Source: Acidimicrobiia bacterium
Lineage (GTDB): Bacteria; Actinomycetota; Acidimicrobiia; IMCC26256; JACDBD01
Assembly: GCA_035316005.1 (NCBI GenBank)
Contig: DATFXK010000218.1
Coordinates: 1-38,964 of the forward strand
Reading direction: 5' to 3'
Length of the DNA: 38,964 nt
The position numbers were made by a program, and so were the translations under genes. Below are positions 25,066 to 33,905 of the stretch, piece by piece. Under the pieces are notes generated by a model. That model worked only from the letters and a program-made list of their open reading frames with translations, did no database searches and was not told the origin of the DNA. Position 1 is the stretch's first letter. Every line of letters begins with the position of its first letter.

Positions 25066-25484
25066 CAGTCGATGGCGTCAGGCCGGCGTCGACGGCCGCC
25101 GCCGAGTGTCGCGGCGAGCTCCTGCCCGACGTGGCGATCGCGCGGCCGGAACTCGATCGCGATCTCCCGACCGGTGGCGTCGCGGATCCGCACCTGGAGG
25201 AGGGGCAGGTAGCTGCGCAGCTTCTCGAGCGTGAACGCCGAATGGCGCTTGGCGATGAGCAGGTCGTCCACGCTCAGCTGGCGCCGCCGAGGCGGCGAGC
25301 GGAACAGGATGATTCGCTGGTCCGTGAGCGCGACGTAGTGCCGCGACCGGCTCTTGAACAGCAACGGGACCCGACCACCGCACTCGGTGGCCCACACCTC
25401 ACTGCACGCGCTGATGTACTCGTTGCTGCCGAGCGACGGCGTCGTGGCGGCGATGATCTGCTCGCGCACCCGCTTCCGGCCCAC
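25062..25484 (-). CDS. Hypothetical protein, PH-like (bacterial pleckstrin-homology-like) by eye
   Basis: 140 aa. RHYVALTDQRIILFRSP...LLIAKRHSAF...LQVRIRDATGREIAIEF resembles bPH/GRAM-like beta-sandwich proteins. The stop TGA overlaps the glpK GTG start (GTGA at 25062-25065). Confidence 0.6.
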   Translation of the reverse strand: MGRKRVREQIIAATTPSLGSNEYISACSEVWATECGGRVPLLFKSRSRHYVALTDQRIILFRSPPRRRQLSVDDLLIAKRHSAFTLEKLRSYLPLLQVRIRDATGREIAIEFRPRDRHVGQELAATLGGGRRRRPDAIDW

Positions 25485-25615
25485 GGTGCCTCTTCCGCTC
25501 TCGTCGGACGCGCCGAAGGCTACCGGTCACGAACGAGCCCTTCCGCGCTCCGCCGCGGCTGCGGCAGGATGGATGCGACTCCCGTCTGAAGGGAGACGCG
25601 TTGGCGGAGGTGCAG

Positions 25616-26644
25616 ATGCGGATCGGCGTACTCACCGGCGGTGGCGACTGCCCCGGCCTGAACGCGGTGATCCGGGCGGTCGTCCGCAAGGGTGAGGGCA
25701 TGTACGGCCACAACGTCGTCGGGTTCCGTCACGGCTGGCGCGGCGTCATCGAGTGCGAGACGGTCGATCTCACCACCGCCAACACCCGCGGCCTTCTCCA
25801 CCGCGGGGGGACGATCCTCGGCAGCTCCCGCACCAACCCGTACAAGACCGAGGATGGTGTGGCCCGCGTCCACGACACGATCGAGCGGGAGCGCATCGAC
25901 GCGATGATCCCGATCGGCGGCGAGGACACGCTCGGCGTCGCCGCCAAGCTCGGTGGTGACGGCGTCAACCTCGTCGGCGTGCCGAAGACGATCGACAACG
26001 ACCTCTCGGCCACCGACTTCACCTTCGGCTTCAACACCGCCGTCCAGATCGCGACGGACGCGATCGACCGGCTGCACACGACCGCCGAGAGTCACGACCG
26101 CGTCATGGTCGTCGAGGTCATGGGGCGTCACGCGGGATGGATCGCGACGTATTCCGGCATCGCCGGCGGCGCCGACATCATCCTCGTGCCCGAGGAGCCG
26201 TTCGACATCGGCGACGTGTGTGACCGCATCCGTCACCGCCACCGGCGCGGAGCCAACTTCTCGATCGTCGTGGTCGCCGAGGGCGCCGTCCCGGTCGAGG
26301 GCACCATGGCGCTCCAGTCGGGCGAAGTGGACGAGTTCGGGCACGTGCGGCTGGGCGGGATCAGCAACGATCTCGCGAAGGCGATCGAGGAGCGAACCGG
26401 GTTCGAGACGCGCGTGACGATTCTGGGCCATGTCTTGCGCGGCGGCACGCCCACCGCCTACGACCGCGTGCTCGCGACCCGCTTCGGAATCGAAGCGATC
26501 GACGCTGTGAACGACGGGGAGTTCGGGATCATGGTCGCGCTCCAGGGTTCCGGCATCGTTCGCGTCCCGATCGAGGACGGGGTGCGACAGCTCAAGACCG
26601 TCGATCCGCAGCTGTACGACGTCGCCAGCGTGTTCTTCGGCTGA
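25616..26644 (+). CDS. pfkA: 6-phosphofructokinase (PfkA family; PPi-type signature residues)
   Basis: 342 aa from ATG 25616, with GGAGG 5 nt upstream. IGVLTGGGDCPGLNAVIR, PIGGEDTLGVA, VGVPKTIDNDL, MGRHAGWIA. Confidence 0.9.
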   Translation: MRIGVLTGGGDCPGLNAVIRAVVRKGEGMYGHNVVGFRHGWRGVIECETVDLTTANTRGLLHRGGTILGSSRTNPYKTEDGVARVHDTIERERIDAMIPIGGEDTLGVAAKLGGDGVNLVGVPKTIDNDLSATDFTFGFNTAVQIATDAIDRLHTTAESHDRVMVVEVMGRHAGWIATYSGIAGGADIILVPEEPFDIGDVCDRIRHRHRRGANFSIVVVAEGAVPVEGTMALQSGEVDEFGHVRLGGISNDLAKAIEERTGFETRVTILGHVLRGGTPTAYDRVLATRFGIEAIDAVNDGEFGIMVALQGSGIVRVPIEDGVRQLKTVDPQLYDVASVFFG

Positions 26645-26687
26645 GCGCGCGTGCGCACCTAGCATCCGCGGCGACGGAGGAGGAGGA

Positions 26688-27554
26688 GTGGGCGACGCGC
26701 TCGACGAGCTCCTGGCCCTGCTCGAGCTCGAGCCGCTCGAGGTCAATCTCTTTCGCGGGCTCAGCCCGCACGAGGACCGCCAGCGCGTGTTCGGCGGGCA
26801 GGTCGCGGCGCAGGCACTGGTGGCGGCAGGCCGCACGGTCGGCGACGACCGACCGGTGCACTCGCTGCACGCGTACTTCCTGCGGCCGGGGGATCCGAAC
26901 GTGCCGATCGTGTACGAGGTCGACCGCATCCGCGACGGCAAGAGCTTCACGACTCGGCGTGTCGTCGCGATCCAGCACGGCCGCGCGATCTTCAACCTGG
27001 CGGCGTCGTTCCAGATCGTCGAGCAGGGCCCCGATCACCAGATGCCGATGCCATCGGTGCCCGATCCCGACGAGCTCCCCACGTGGCAGCAGCGCGTCGA
27101 GCCGTACCTCGAGCGCCTGGGCCCGGACCTCGCCCAGTGGCTCGTCCGCGAGCGGCCGATCGATTCGCGGCCGGTGGACGACCCCCGCTGGCTCGACCCG
27201 AGCCCGCGCGAGCCCGAGCAGGACGTGTGGATCAAAGCCAACGGCTCGCTGCCCACGGCGCCGCTCATCCACGAGTGCGTCGTCGCTTACGCGTCTGACC
27301 TCACACTGCTCGACACCGCCATGTTCCCGCACGCGATCTCGTACCGCGAGCAGCAGTACATGATCGCCAGCCTCGACCACGCGATGTGGTTCCACCGTCC
27401 GTTCCGCGCCGACGAGTGGCTGCTGTACCACCAGACGAGCCCGAACGCCTCGCGCGCTCGCGGCATCGCGCAAGGGGAGATCTTCTGCCGCGACGGAACG
27501 CTGGCCATCACCGTCATCCAGGAGGGGCTCATCCGGCCGATCGACGCCGACTGA
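26688..27554 (+). CDS. tesB: Acyl-CoA thioesterase II
   Basis: 288 aa. [14 protein letters not shown]...[12 protein letters not shown]...[12 protein letters not shown]...[16 protein letters not shown]...[11 protein letters not shown] is a typical double-hotdog TesB. GGAGGAGGAGGA lies directly before the GTG. Confidence 0.9.
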   Translation: MGDALDELLALLELEPLEVNLFRGLSPHEDRQRVFGGQVAAQALVAAGRTVGDDRPVHSLHAYFLRPGDPNVPIVYEVDRIRDGKSFTTRRVVAIQHGRAIFNLAASFQIVEQGPDHQMPMPSVPDPDELPTWQQRVEPYLERLGPDLAQWLVRERPIDSRPVDDPRWLDPSPREPEQDVWIKANGSLPTAPLIHECVVAYASDLTLLDTAMFPHAISYREQQYMIASLDHAMWFHRPFRADEWLLYHQTSPNASRARGIAQGEIFCRDGTLAITVIQEGLIRPIDAD

Positions 27555-27585
27555 CCAACGCGACGGCCCCCATAAGCTTGGTCGC

Positions 27586-28614
27586 GTGGCTTCCCCCGAC
27601 GGGCGGATCGACCTCCGCTCCGACACCGTCACGACCCCGACCCCGGAGATGCGGCGCGCGATGGCCGAGGCCGAGGTCGGTGACGACGTCTACGGCGAGG
27701 ACCCCACGATCAACCGCTTCCAGGAACGGGCAGCCGAGCTGCTCGGGAAAGAGTCGGCGCTGTACGTCCCGTCCGGGACGATGGCCAACCAGCTCGCGCT
27801 GCGCGTCCTGGCGCGACCGGGCACGGAGGTGCTGTGCGCGGCACGAGCACACGTGTTCCGGTACGAGGCGGCGGCAGGGCCGTGGAACTCGGGTGTCCAG
27901 CTGCATCCGTTCGCGGACGAGGACGGCCTGTTGGATGCCGGCGCGCTCGACGAGACGATCCAGGACTCCGGTCACCATTCGCCGGCGGTGTCGCTGATCG
28001 CGATCGAGAACACGCACATGCCCTCGTGTGGCCGGCCGTGGCGTATGGACGAGGTCACGCGCGTGGGCGACGTCGGCGCCCGCCACGGCATCGCGCTCTA
28101 CTGCGACGGCGCCCGCATCTGGAACGCGTCGATCGCGCTCGGCGTTCCGGCGCGTGAGCTCGTGGCCCCGGCGACGGCGGTGATGTTCTGCGTCTCGAAG
28201 GGCCTCGGCGCGCCGGTGGGCTCGGTGCTGTGCGGGCCCCGCGACGTCGTCCGGGAGGCCCGCGAGCACCGGCAGCGTCTCGGCGGCGCCATGCGGCAGG
28301 CCGGTGTGATCGCCGCCGCCGGGCTGGTCGCGCTGGACACGATGACCGACCGCTTGGCCGACGACCACCGCCGGGCGCGTCGCCTGGCGGAAGCCGTCGC
28401 CGAGCGATGGCCGGGATCGGTCGCGCCCGACACGGTCGAGACGAACATGGTCTGCGCCGCCGCCGACCGGCTGCCGAGCGACCTGCTCGACCGCCTCGAC
28501 GGCGAAGGCATCCGGGCGGGCACGATCGACACCCGCACGGTACGGTTCGCGACCCACAAGGACGTCGACGATGCCGACATCGAGCGCGTCCTCAAAGCGT
28601 TCGCAGAGATGTAG
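27586..28614 (+). CDS. ltaE: Low-specificity L-threonine aldolase (beta-eliminating lyase family, PLP)
   Basis: 342 aa. [18 protein letters not shown]...[10 protein letters not shown]...[10 protein letters not shown]...and PLP-Lys context [13 protein letters not shown]. Confidence 0.85.
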   Translation: MASPDGRIDLRSDTVTTPTPEMRRAMAEAEVGDDVYGEDPTINRFQERAAELLGKESALYVPSGTMANQLALRVLARPGTEVLCAARAHVFRYEAAAGPWNSGVQLHPFADEDGLLDAGALDETIQDSGHHSPAVSLIAIENTHMPSCGRPWRMDEVTRVGDVGARHGIALYCDGARIWNASIALGVPARELVAPATAVMFCVSKGLGAPVGSVLCGPRDVVREAREHRQRLGGAMRQAGVIAAAGLVALDTMTDRLADDHRRARRLAEAVAERWPGSVAPDTVETNMVCAAADRLPSDLLDRLDGEGIRAGTIDTRTVRFATHKDVDDADIERVLKAFAEM

Positions 28615-28624
28615 GAGCAGGGAC

Positions 28625-29422
28625 ATGGCACGAGTCCTCATTACCGGCTGCTCGACCGGGTTCGGGCGCGCGACCGCCGTCGAGCTCACGAAGCGGGGTC
28701 ACGAGGTGCTCGCGACCGCGCGCCGTCCCGAGACGCTCGAGGACCTCGACGTCACCGAGAAGCTGCGCCTCGACGTCGACGACGACAGCTCGGTCGACGA
28801 TGCCCTGACGACCGCGGGCCGGATCGACGCGCTCGTGAACAACGCCGGGTTCGGGATCACCGGGCCCGTCGAGCACGTGCCGCTGGGCGAGCTGCGGCGC
28901 ATGTTCGAGACGAACGTCGTCGGCGCCCTGCGCATGATCCAGGCGGTGCTGCCGCAGATGCGCGAGCGGGGCAGTGGCGCGATCGTCAACGTGACGTCGC
29001 TCGCGGGTCTCGTGACGCCACCGAACGGCGGCGCCTACTCGGCGACGAAGCACGCGCTCGAAGCGCTGTCCGAGGCGCTGCACTACGAGGTGGGTCACTT
29101 CGGCATCCGGGTCGCGCTCGTCGAGCCCGGCTTCTTCGAAACCGAGTTCCAGGCCAAGGAGCCGCGCTACGGGCTCGACGAGCCGCCGTACGACGAGCTC
29201 GACCGGCAGTGGCAGGCCGCGTTCGGCAAGCTCCAGGGCGACGGTCCCGCGCCGGGCGCCGAGGTCGTCGCCCAAGTGATCGCCGACGCGGTCGAGGGTA
29301 CCGAGCCGAAGCTGCGTTGGCCGATCGGCGCCGATGCCGACATGGTGCTCTCGGCGCGCAGCACGATGGACGACGAGACGTTCGAGGCGACGATGCGAGG
29401 CGCGCTCGACCTCACCTGGTAG
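28625..29422 (+). CDS. Short-chain dehydrogenase/reductase (SDR)
   Basis: 265 aa from ATG 28625, with AGGAG 7 nt upstream. ITGCSTGFGRA, NNAG, and catalytic YSATKHALE. Confidence 0.9.
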   Translation: MARVLITGCSTGFGRATAVELTKRGHEVLATARRPETLEDLDVTEKLRLDVDDDSSVDDALTTAGRIDALVNNAGFGITGPVEHVPLGELRRMFETNVVGALRMIQAVLPQMRERGSGAIVNVTSLAGLVTPPNGGAYSATKHALEALSEALHYEVGHFGIRVALVEPGFFETEFQAKEPRYGLDEPPYDELDRQWQAAFGKLQGDGPAPGAEVVAQVIADAVEGTEPKLRWPIGADADMVLSARSTMDDETFEATMRGALDLTW

Positions 29423-29469
29423 CCGCGCAACCCGAGCATCCGCGCGAGGGCCGGTACCCTGGGGCCGGG

Positions 29470-30189
29470 ATGCCGACCGACGCCGAGATCCCAGACCGAG
29501 CACTCGCCGTCTACGCGCATCCCGACGACCCCGAGATCTCGGCGGGCGGCACGCTGGCGGCATGGGCCGAGGCCGGCGCCGACGTGTCGGTGCTCATTAC
29601 CACCCAAGGCGACAAGGGCACCCAGGATCCTGACGCCGATCAAGAGGAGCTCGCCCGCCTGCGGGTGGAGGAGACGGCCAAGGCGGCGGCGCTGCTCGGA
29701 TTCAGCGGGCACTTCCACCTCGGCTACCACGACGGTGAGCTGCCCGACGATCGCGAGCTACGCGGGTCGATCACCCGCTACGTGCGCGAGCTGCGGCCCG
29801 ACGTGGTGCTCTGCCCCGACCCGACGGCCGTGTTCTTCGGCGACCGGTACTACAACCACCGCGACCACCGAGTCACCGGCTGGGCGACGCTCGACGCCAT
29901 CGCGCCGGCGGCGGGGAACCCGAAGTACTTCGCCCATCAACTGGCGGAGGGGCTCGAGGTGCATCACGTGCAGACCGTGTACCTCTCCGGAACGCTCGAG
30001 CCGAACTGCTGGGTCGACATCAGCGACACGCTCGAGCGCAAGATCGACGGGCTCTTCTGTCACGCCAGCCAGCTCACCGACACCGGGGAGTGGTTCCGCC
30101 AGTTCCTGCGCGACCGAGCCGAGGAAGCGGGTCGCGAAGCCGATGTCGCCTACGCCGAGGGTTTCCGTCGCCTGAGCTTCGGCGGCTGA
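29470..30189 (+). CDS. PIG-L (LmbE/MshB-like) family N-acetylglucosaminyl deacetylase
   Basis: 239 aa from ATG 29470. AHPDDPEI metal motif, HRDH, and FCHASQ. Confidence 0.85.
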   Translation: MPTDAEIPDRALAVYAHPDDPEISAGGTLAAWAEAGADVSVLITTQGDKGTQDPDADQEELARLRVEETAKAAALLGFSGHFHLGYHDGELPDDRELRGSITRYVRELRPDVVLCPDPTAVFFGDRYYNHRDHRVTGWATLDAIAPAAGNPKYFAHQLAEGLEVHHVQTVYLSGTLEPNCWVDISDTLERKIDGLFCHASQLTDTGEWFRQFLRDRAEEAGREADVAYAEGFRRLSFGG

Positions 30190-30507
30190 CTACCGGGCGC
30201 GCTTGCCGCCTCGTTGCCACTCGGCCATCGCCCGCAGGACGAGGACGGCGACGATCCCGACGCCCACGGCGGCGCTGATCGCACCCACGGCCAGCCCGGC
30301 GACGACGGCGAGCCCACAGTCGCCCGAGCAGCCGACGTCGACCAGGCCGTAGCCGATGATCCCGCCGAACGCGCCGGCGAGGAAGACGCTCAGGAACGCG
30401 AGGACGTACGCGCCGCGGGACGGGAGCCCGGCGGGGACGAGCGAATCACCCGGATCGCCGGAACCGTTCGCGCCGTTCGCGCCGTCGCCCGGGGCGTCGT
30501 CGGCCAT
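30190..30507 (-). CDS. Small membrane protein, unknown function
   Basis: 105 aa from ATG 30507. Gly/Asp/Asn-rich N-terminus, then two hydrophobic helices separated by VDVGCSGDCG. The upstream part of the track ORF is Arg-rich and looks non-coding. Confidence 0.5.
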   Translation of the reverse strand: MADDAPGDGANGANGSGDPGDSLVPAGLPSRGAYVLAFLSVFLAGAFGGIIGYGLVDVGCSGDCGLAVVAGLAVGAISAAVGVGIVAVLVLRAMAEWQRGGKRAR

Positions 30508-30566
30508 GAAGCGGGATCGTACGGCGGTCGACGGCCCGCCAACCATGCGCGTGCCACACTGACGGC

Positions 30567-31097
30567 ATGGCCGGGACCGTGCGCGAGTGGCTTGTCGCCG
30601 GCGCGCTCGTCGAGTCCGACGGTCGCCTGTTGTTCGTCCGCAACCAGCGCCGGGGTGGGTACGAGGACTGGAGCACACCCGGCGGCGTCATCGACGCCGA
30701 GGACGGGTCCGTGCTCGACGGCCTCACGCGCGAGGTCGAGGAGGAGACGGGGCTCCGCGTCACGCGGTGGGAGGGTCCGCTGTACGAGGTCGAGGCCGTG
30801 GCCCCGGACCTCGGCTGGATCATGCGCTGCGAGGTCCACCGCGCCCTCGACTTCGAAGGCGAGGTGCAGGTGGCCGATCCCGACGGCATCGTCGTCGAAG
30901 CCGCGTTCGTCACCGCCGCCGATGCCACGACGATGATCGAACGTTGCCATCCGTGGGTGGGCGAGCCGATCGCCGAGTGGCTCGCCGAGCCGTGGGGTCC
31001 CGAGAGTGTCCGCCGGTACACCTACGAGGTTCGCGGCACGGCGCGCGCCGAGCTCGAGGTGACACGCACCGACCGCGATGGCGCCGTCCGCGACTGA
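30567..31097 (+). CDS. NUDIX hydrolase
   Basis: 176 aa. Nudix box GGVIDAEDGSVLDGLTREVEEETGL (GX5EX7REUXEEXGU). Confidence 0.85.
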   Translation: MAGTVREWLVAGALVESDGRLLFVRNQRRGGYEDWSTPGGVIDAEDGSVLDGLTREVEEETGLRVTRWEGPLYEVEAVAPDLGWIMRCEVHRALDFEGEVQVADPDGIVVEAAFVTAADATTMIERCHPWVGEPIAEWLAEPWGPESVRRYTYEVRGTARAELEVTRTDRDGAVRD

Positions 31098-32334
31098 GCC
31101 CACCATCCTCCACGTCGACCTCGACGCGTTCTACGCGTCGGTCGAGCAGCTCGCCGACCCCTCCTTGCGGGGCCGGCCCGTCATCGTCGGCGGGCTCGGA
31201 CGGCGCGGCGTCGTCGCGGCCGCGAGCTACGAAGCGCGGCGTTACGGCGTCCACTCCGCGATGCCGATGGGTCGCGCCCGGCGCGCGTGCCCGGACGGCG
31301 TGTTCCTCGCGCCCCGCTTCGACGCATACGGCGAGGCGAGCCGCTCGGTGATGGCGATCCTGCGCGACGTCACGCCGCTGGTGGAGCCCCTGGCGCTGGA
31401 CGAAGCCTTCCTCGACGTCAGCGGGGCGCGGCGCCTGCACGGCTCCGCCCCCGAGATCGCGACGTCGTTGCGCCGGCGGATCAACGACGACACGGGGCTC
31501 GTCGCTTCGGTCGGCGTCGCGACCACGAAGTTCGTCGCCAAGCTAGCGAGCGACCTCGCCAAGCCCGACGGCATGCTCGTCGTCGAGGCGGGCACCGAGA
31601 TCGCGCTCATCCACCCGCTCGAGGTCCGCCGGCTGTGGGGCGTCGGGCCGAAGACGGGGGAGCGGTTGGCGCAACTCGGCGTGCGGACCATCGGCGACCT
31701 CGCCGCGCTGCCCGAGAACACCCTCGTCCACGCGCTGGGTGAGTCGCAGGGCCGGCACCTCCACGCGCTGGCGTGGAACCGGGACGACAGGTCGGTCGAG
31801 CCCGAGCGGGAGGTGAAGTCGATCGGCCACGAGGAGACGTTCCCGACCGACATCACCGACCGCGCCACGCTCGAGCGCGAGGTGCTCCGCATGTCCGAGC
31901 GCGTCGCCGAGCGGACGCGTGACGGGCGCTGTGCCGGCCGCACCGTGCAGCTGAAGCTGCGGTACAAGGACTTCCGGACCATCACGAGGTCGCGAACGCT
32001 GGCGGAGCCCACCAATCTCGCGTCGGACATCGCCACCGTCGCGCGCGCACTGCTCGATGCCGTCGAGATCGGCGACGGGATCCGACTGCTCGGCGTCGCC
32101 ATGCAGCAACTCCAGGACGTCGACGGGACGGTCGCCGGCGGCAGCACCGCCGATCAGCTCCCGCTCGACATCGAGCGCAACGACACCAGCGCGGCACGTG
32201 GCGGCGACCCTCGACAACGCGCCGTCGAGGACTCGATGGACGCGGTCCGCCGCCGCTTCGGGGACGACGCGGTGGGCGCCGCCGCGCTGCTCGACCGCGA
32301 CGCGCACACCGAGCCGGGACGGCGCCGCCGATGA
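31078..32334 (+). CDS. dinB: DNA polymerase IV (Y-family translesion polymerase)
   Basis: 418 aa. ILHVDLDAFYASVEQ, SYEARRYGV, LDEAFLDV, and VGVATTKFVAKLASDLAKPDG are hallmark DinB motifs. Overlaps the Nudix gene by 20 nt. Confidence 0.95.
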   Translation: MAPSATEPTILHVDLDAFYASVEQLADPSLRGRPVIVGGLGRRGVVAAASYEARRYGVHSAMPMGRARRACPDGVFLAPRFDAYGEASRSVMAILRDVTPLVEPLALDEAFLDVSGARRLHGSAPEIATSLRRRINDDTGLVASVGVATTKFVAKLASDLAKPDGMLVVEAGTEIALIHPLEVRRLWGVGPKTGERLAQLGVRTIGDLAALPENTLVHALGESQGRHLHALAWNRDDRSVEPEREVKSIGHEETFPTDITDRATLEREVLRMSERVAERTRDGRCAGRTVQLKLRYKDFRTITRSRTLAEPTNLASDIATVARALLDAVEIGDGIRLLGVAMQQLQDVDGTVAGGSTADQLPLDIERNDTSAARGGDPRQRAVEDSMDAVRRRFGDDAVGAAALLDRDAHTEPGRRRR

Positions 32335-33434
32335 TCCGCATCGGCATCGTCGGGTGCGGGCACATCGGCACCGTCCACTCGTTCGCGCTGCGGCAGCTCG
32401 CCGACGCCGGCCTGATCGACGCCGGGGTGGTCGCGACGTTCGACGCCGACCCCGACCGGGCCGCGACCCTCGCCGCGCACCACGACGCCCGGCCCCGCAC
32501 CCGGGTGGACGAACTGGTCGCCGACGTCGACGTCGTCTGGGTGTGCACGTGGACCGCGGCGCACCTCGAGGCCGTGTGCGCGGCAAGTGAGCGGTCCCGC
32601 GCCGTCTTCTGCGAGAAGCCGCTGGCCCCGACGCTGGCCGAGGCGGAGCAGCTCGCCGGCGTACTCGGGCGAGTGCCTCACCAAGTCGGGCTCGTGCTCC
32701 GCCACGCGCCCGTCTTCCGCGCTGCTGCCGACCTCGTCGCCGCCGGCACCTACGGGCGGCCCCTGGCGACCATCCTCCGGGACGACCAGTACTTCCCGAT
32801 CCAGGGGTTCTACGCGTCGGCGTGGCGCGCCGACGTCGCCAAGGCGGGTGGCGGGACCCTGCTCGAGCACTCGATCCACGACGTCGACGTGCTGCGGTGG
32901 GTGCTCGGTAGAGCCGCCGGCGAGCCGCGCGAGGTCACGGCGCGCACGGCGGCGATGTTCGGGCATCCGGGCATCGATGACTCCACCACGCTGACCTTCC
33001 GCTTCGGCGACGGTTCCACGGCGACGATCGTCAGTGTCTGGCACCAGATCCTGTCCCGAGGGTCCCGCCGCCGCTTCGAGGTCTTCTGCGAGGACGCGTT
33101 GCTCTGGACCGACGACGACTACCTCGGCCCGTTGCACGTCGAGACCCGCAGCGGCGAGGAGCTCGTCGAATCGTCACCGCCGCCGTGGATCGACCGCTTC
33201 GAGATCGCCGAGGCGCTCGCCAAGCCGCTGGCGCAGTACGCCGAGCCGAGCAAGGCGTTCCTCGACGCGCTCGCCGGCGAGGGTGCTCGCGCCCGGGGCC
33301 ATCCCGACGTCGAGGTCGCGATCGCCGCCCACCGACTCGTCGACCGGGCGTACCAGTCGGCTGCGGCCGGTGGCGGGCCGGTCCCATGCGACGTCCCGGG
33401 CCCGACGAGGACGACGGGAACGTCGGCGCGTTGA
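32331..33434 (+). CDS. Gfo/Idh/MocA family NAD(P)-dependent oxidoreductase
   Basis: 367 aa. IGIVGCGHIGTVH Rossmann N-terminus and CEKPLA motif. The ATG overlaps the dinB stop (ATGA at 32331-32334). Confidence 0.85.
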   Translation: MIRIGIVGCGHIGTVHSFALRQLADAGLIDAGVVATFDADPDRAATLAAHHDARPRTRVDELVADVDVVWVCTWTAAHLEAVCAASERSRAVFCEKPLAPTLAEAEQLAGVLGRVPHQVGLVLRHAPVFRAAADLVAAGTYGRPLATILRDDQYFPIQGFYASAWRADVAKAGGGTLLEHSIHDVDVLRWVLGRAAGEPREVTARTAAMFGHPGIDDSTTLTFRFGDGSTATIVSVWHQILSRGSRRRFEVFCEDALLWTDDDYLGPLHVETRSGEELVESSPPPWIDRFEIAEALAKPLAQYAEPSKAFLDALAGEGARARGHPDVEVAIAAHRLVDRAYQSAAAGGGPVPCDVPGPTRTTGTSAR

Positions 33435-33469
33435 GGGGGGTTGGACCGCGCGCGACAATGATTTACAAC
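33431..33469 (+). promoter_or_regulatory. Candidate promoter(s) upstream of the DUF3040 gene
   Basis: Locally AT-rich patch in a very GC-rich window, with two overlapping fits: TTGAGG-N17-GACAAT (33431-33459) and TTGGAC-N17-TACAAC (33441-33469). Confidence 0.3.
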
Positions 33470-33524
33470 CCAATCGGCGGAGCGCACCGCGTGGGGAAGC
33501 GTGGTGGCGCAAGAGGCGACTTGC

Positions 33525-33905
33525 ATGCCCCTCTCGGAAGACGAGCAGCGGATCCTCAAGGAGATCGAGGCCAACCTCAACGAGACCGATCCCAGGCTGG
33601 TCCAAGAGGTCTCCGAGACGACCCTGTACCGGCACTCGGCCCGGGCGATCAAGTGGGCCGCGCTCGGGTTCATCGCCGGCCTGGCGCTCCTCCTCTTCAC
33701 GTTCACCCGGGTGCTGCTGCTGGGGGTGGTCGGGTTCCTGGTCATGCTCGGGTGCCTGCTCGTGATCGAGCGGAACGTCCGCAAGCTGGGGAAGGCCGGC
33801 CTCGAGAACCTCACGGGATCCGTCCGGGCCGGGGCGCTCAAGAACATGTTCGGCAACGCCGGGCGCCGGTGGCGTGAGCGCTGGCGCCGCGACGACCAGT
33901 CCTGA
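33525..33905 (+). CDS. DUF3040 family membrane protein
   Basis: 126 aa from ATG 33525, with AAGAGG 8 nt upstream. The N-terminus MPLSEDEQRILKEIEANL is the DUF3040 hallmark, followed by two hydrophobic helices. Confidence 0.8.
   Translation: MPLSEDEQRILKEIEANLNETDPRLVQEVSETTLYRHSARAIKWAALGFIAGLALLLFTFTRVLLLGVVGFLVMLGCLLVIERNVRKLGKAGLENLTGSVRAGALKNMFGNAGRRWRERWRRDDQS

Noticed and set aside
31122-31140. 19-nt palindrome CGACGCGT-TCT-ACGCGTCG
   Set aside because: It lies inside dinB and encodes the universally conserved LDAFYASV active-site segment. The symmetry is most simply a by-product of GC-rich codon choice for that motif. There is no intergenic context for a regulatory role.
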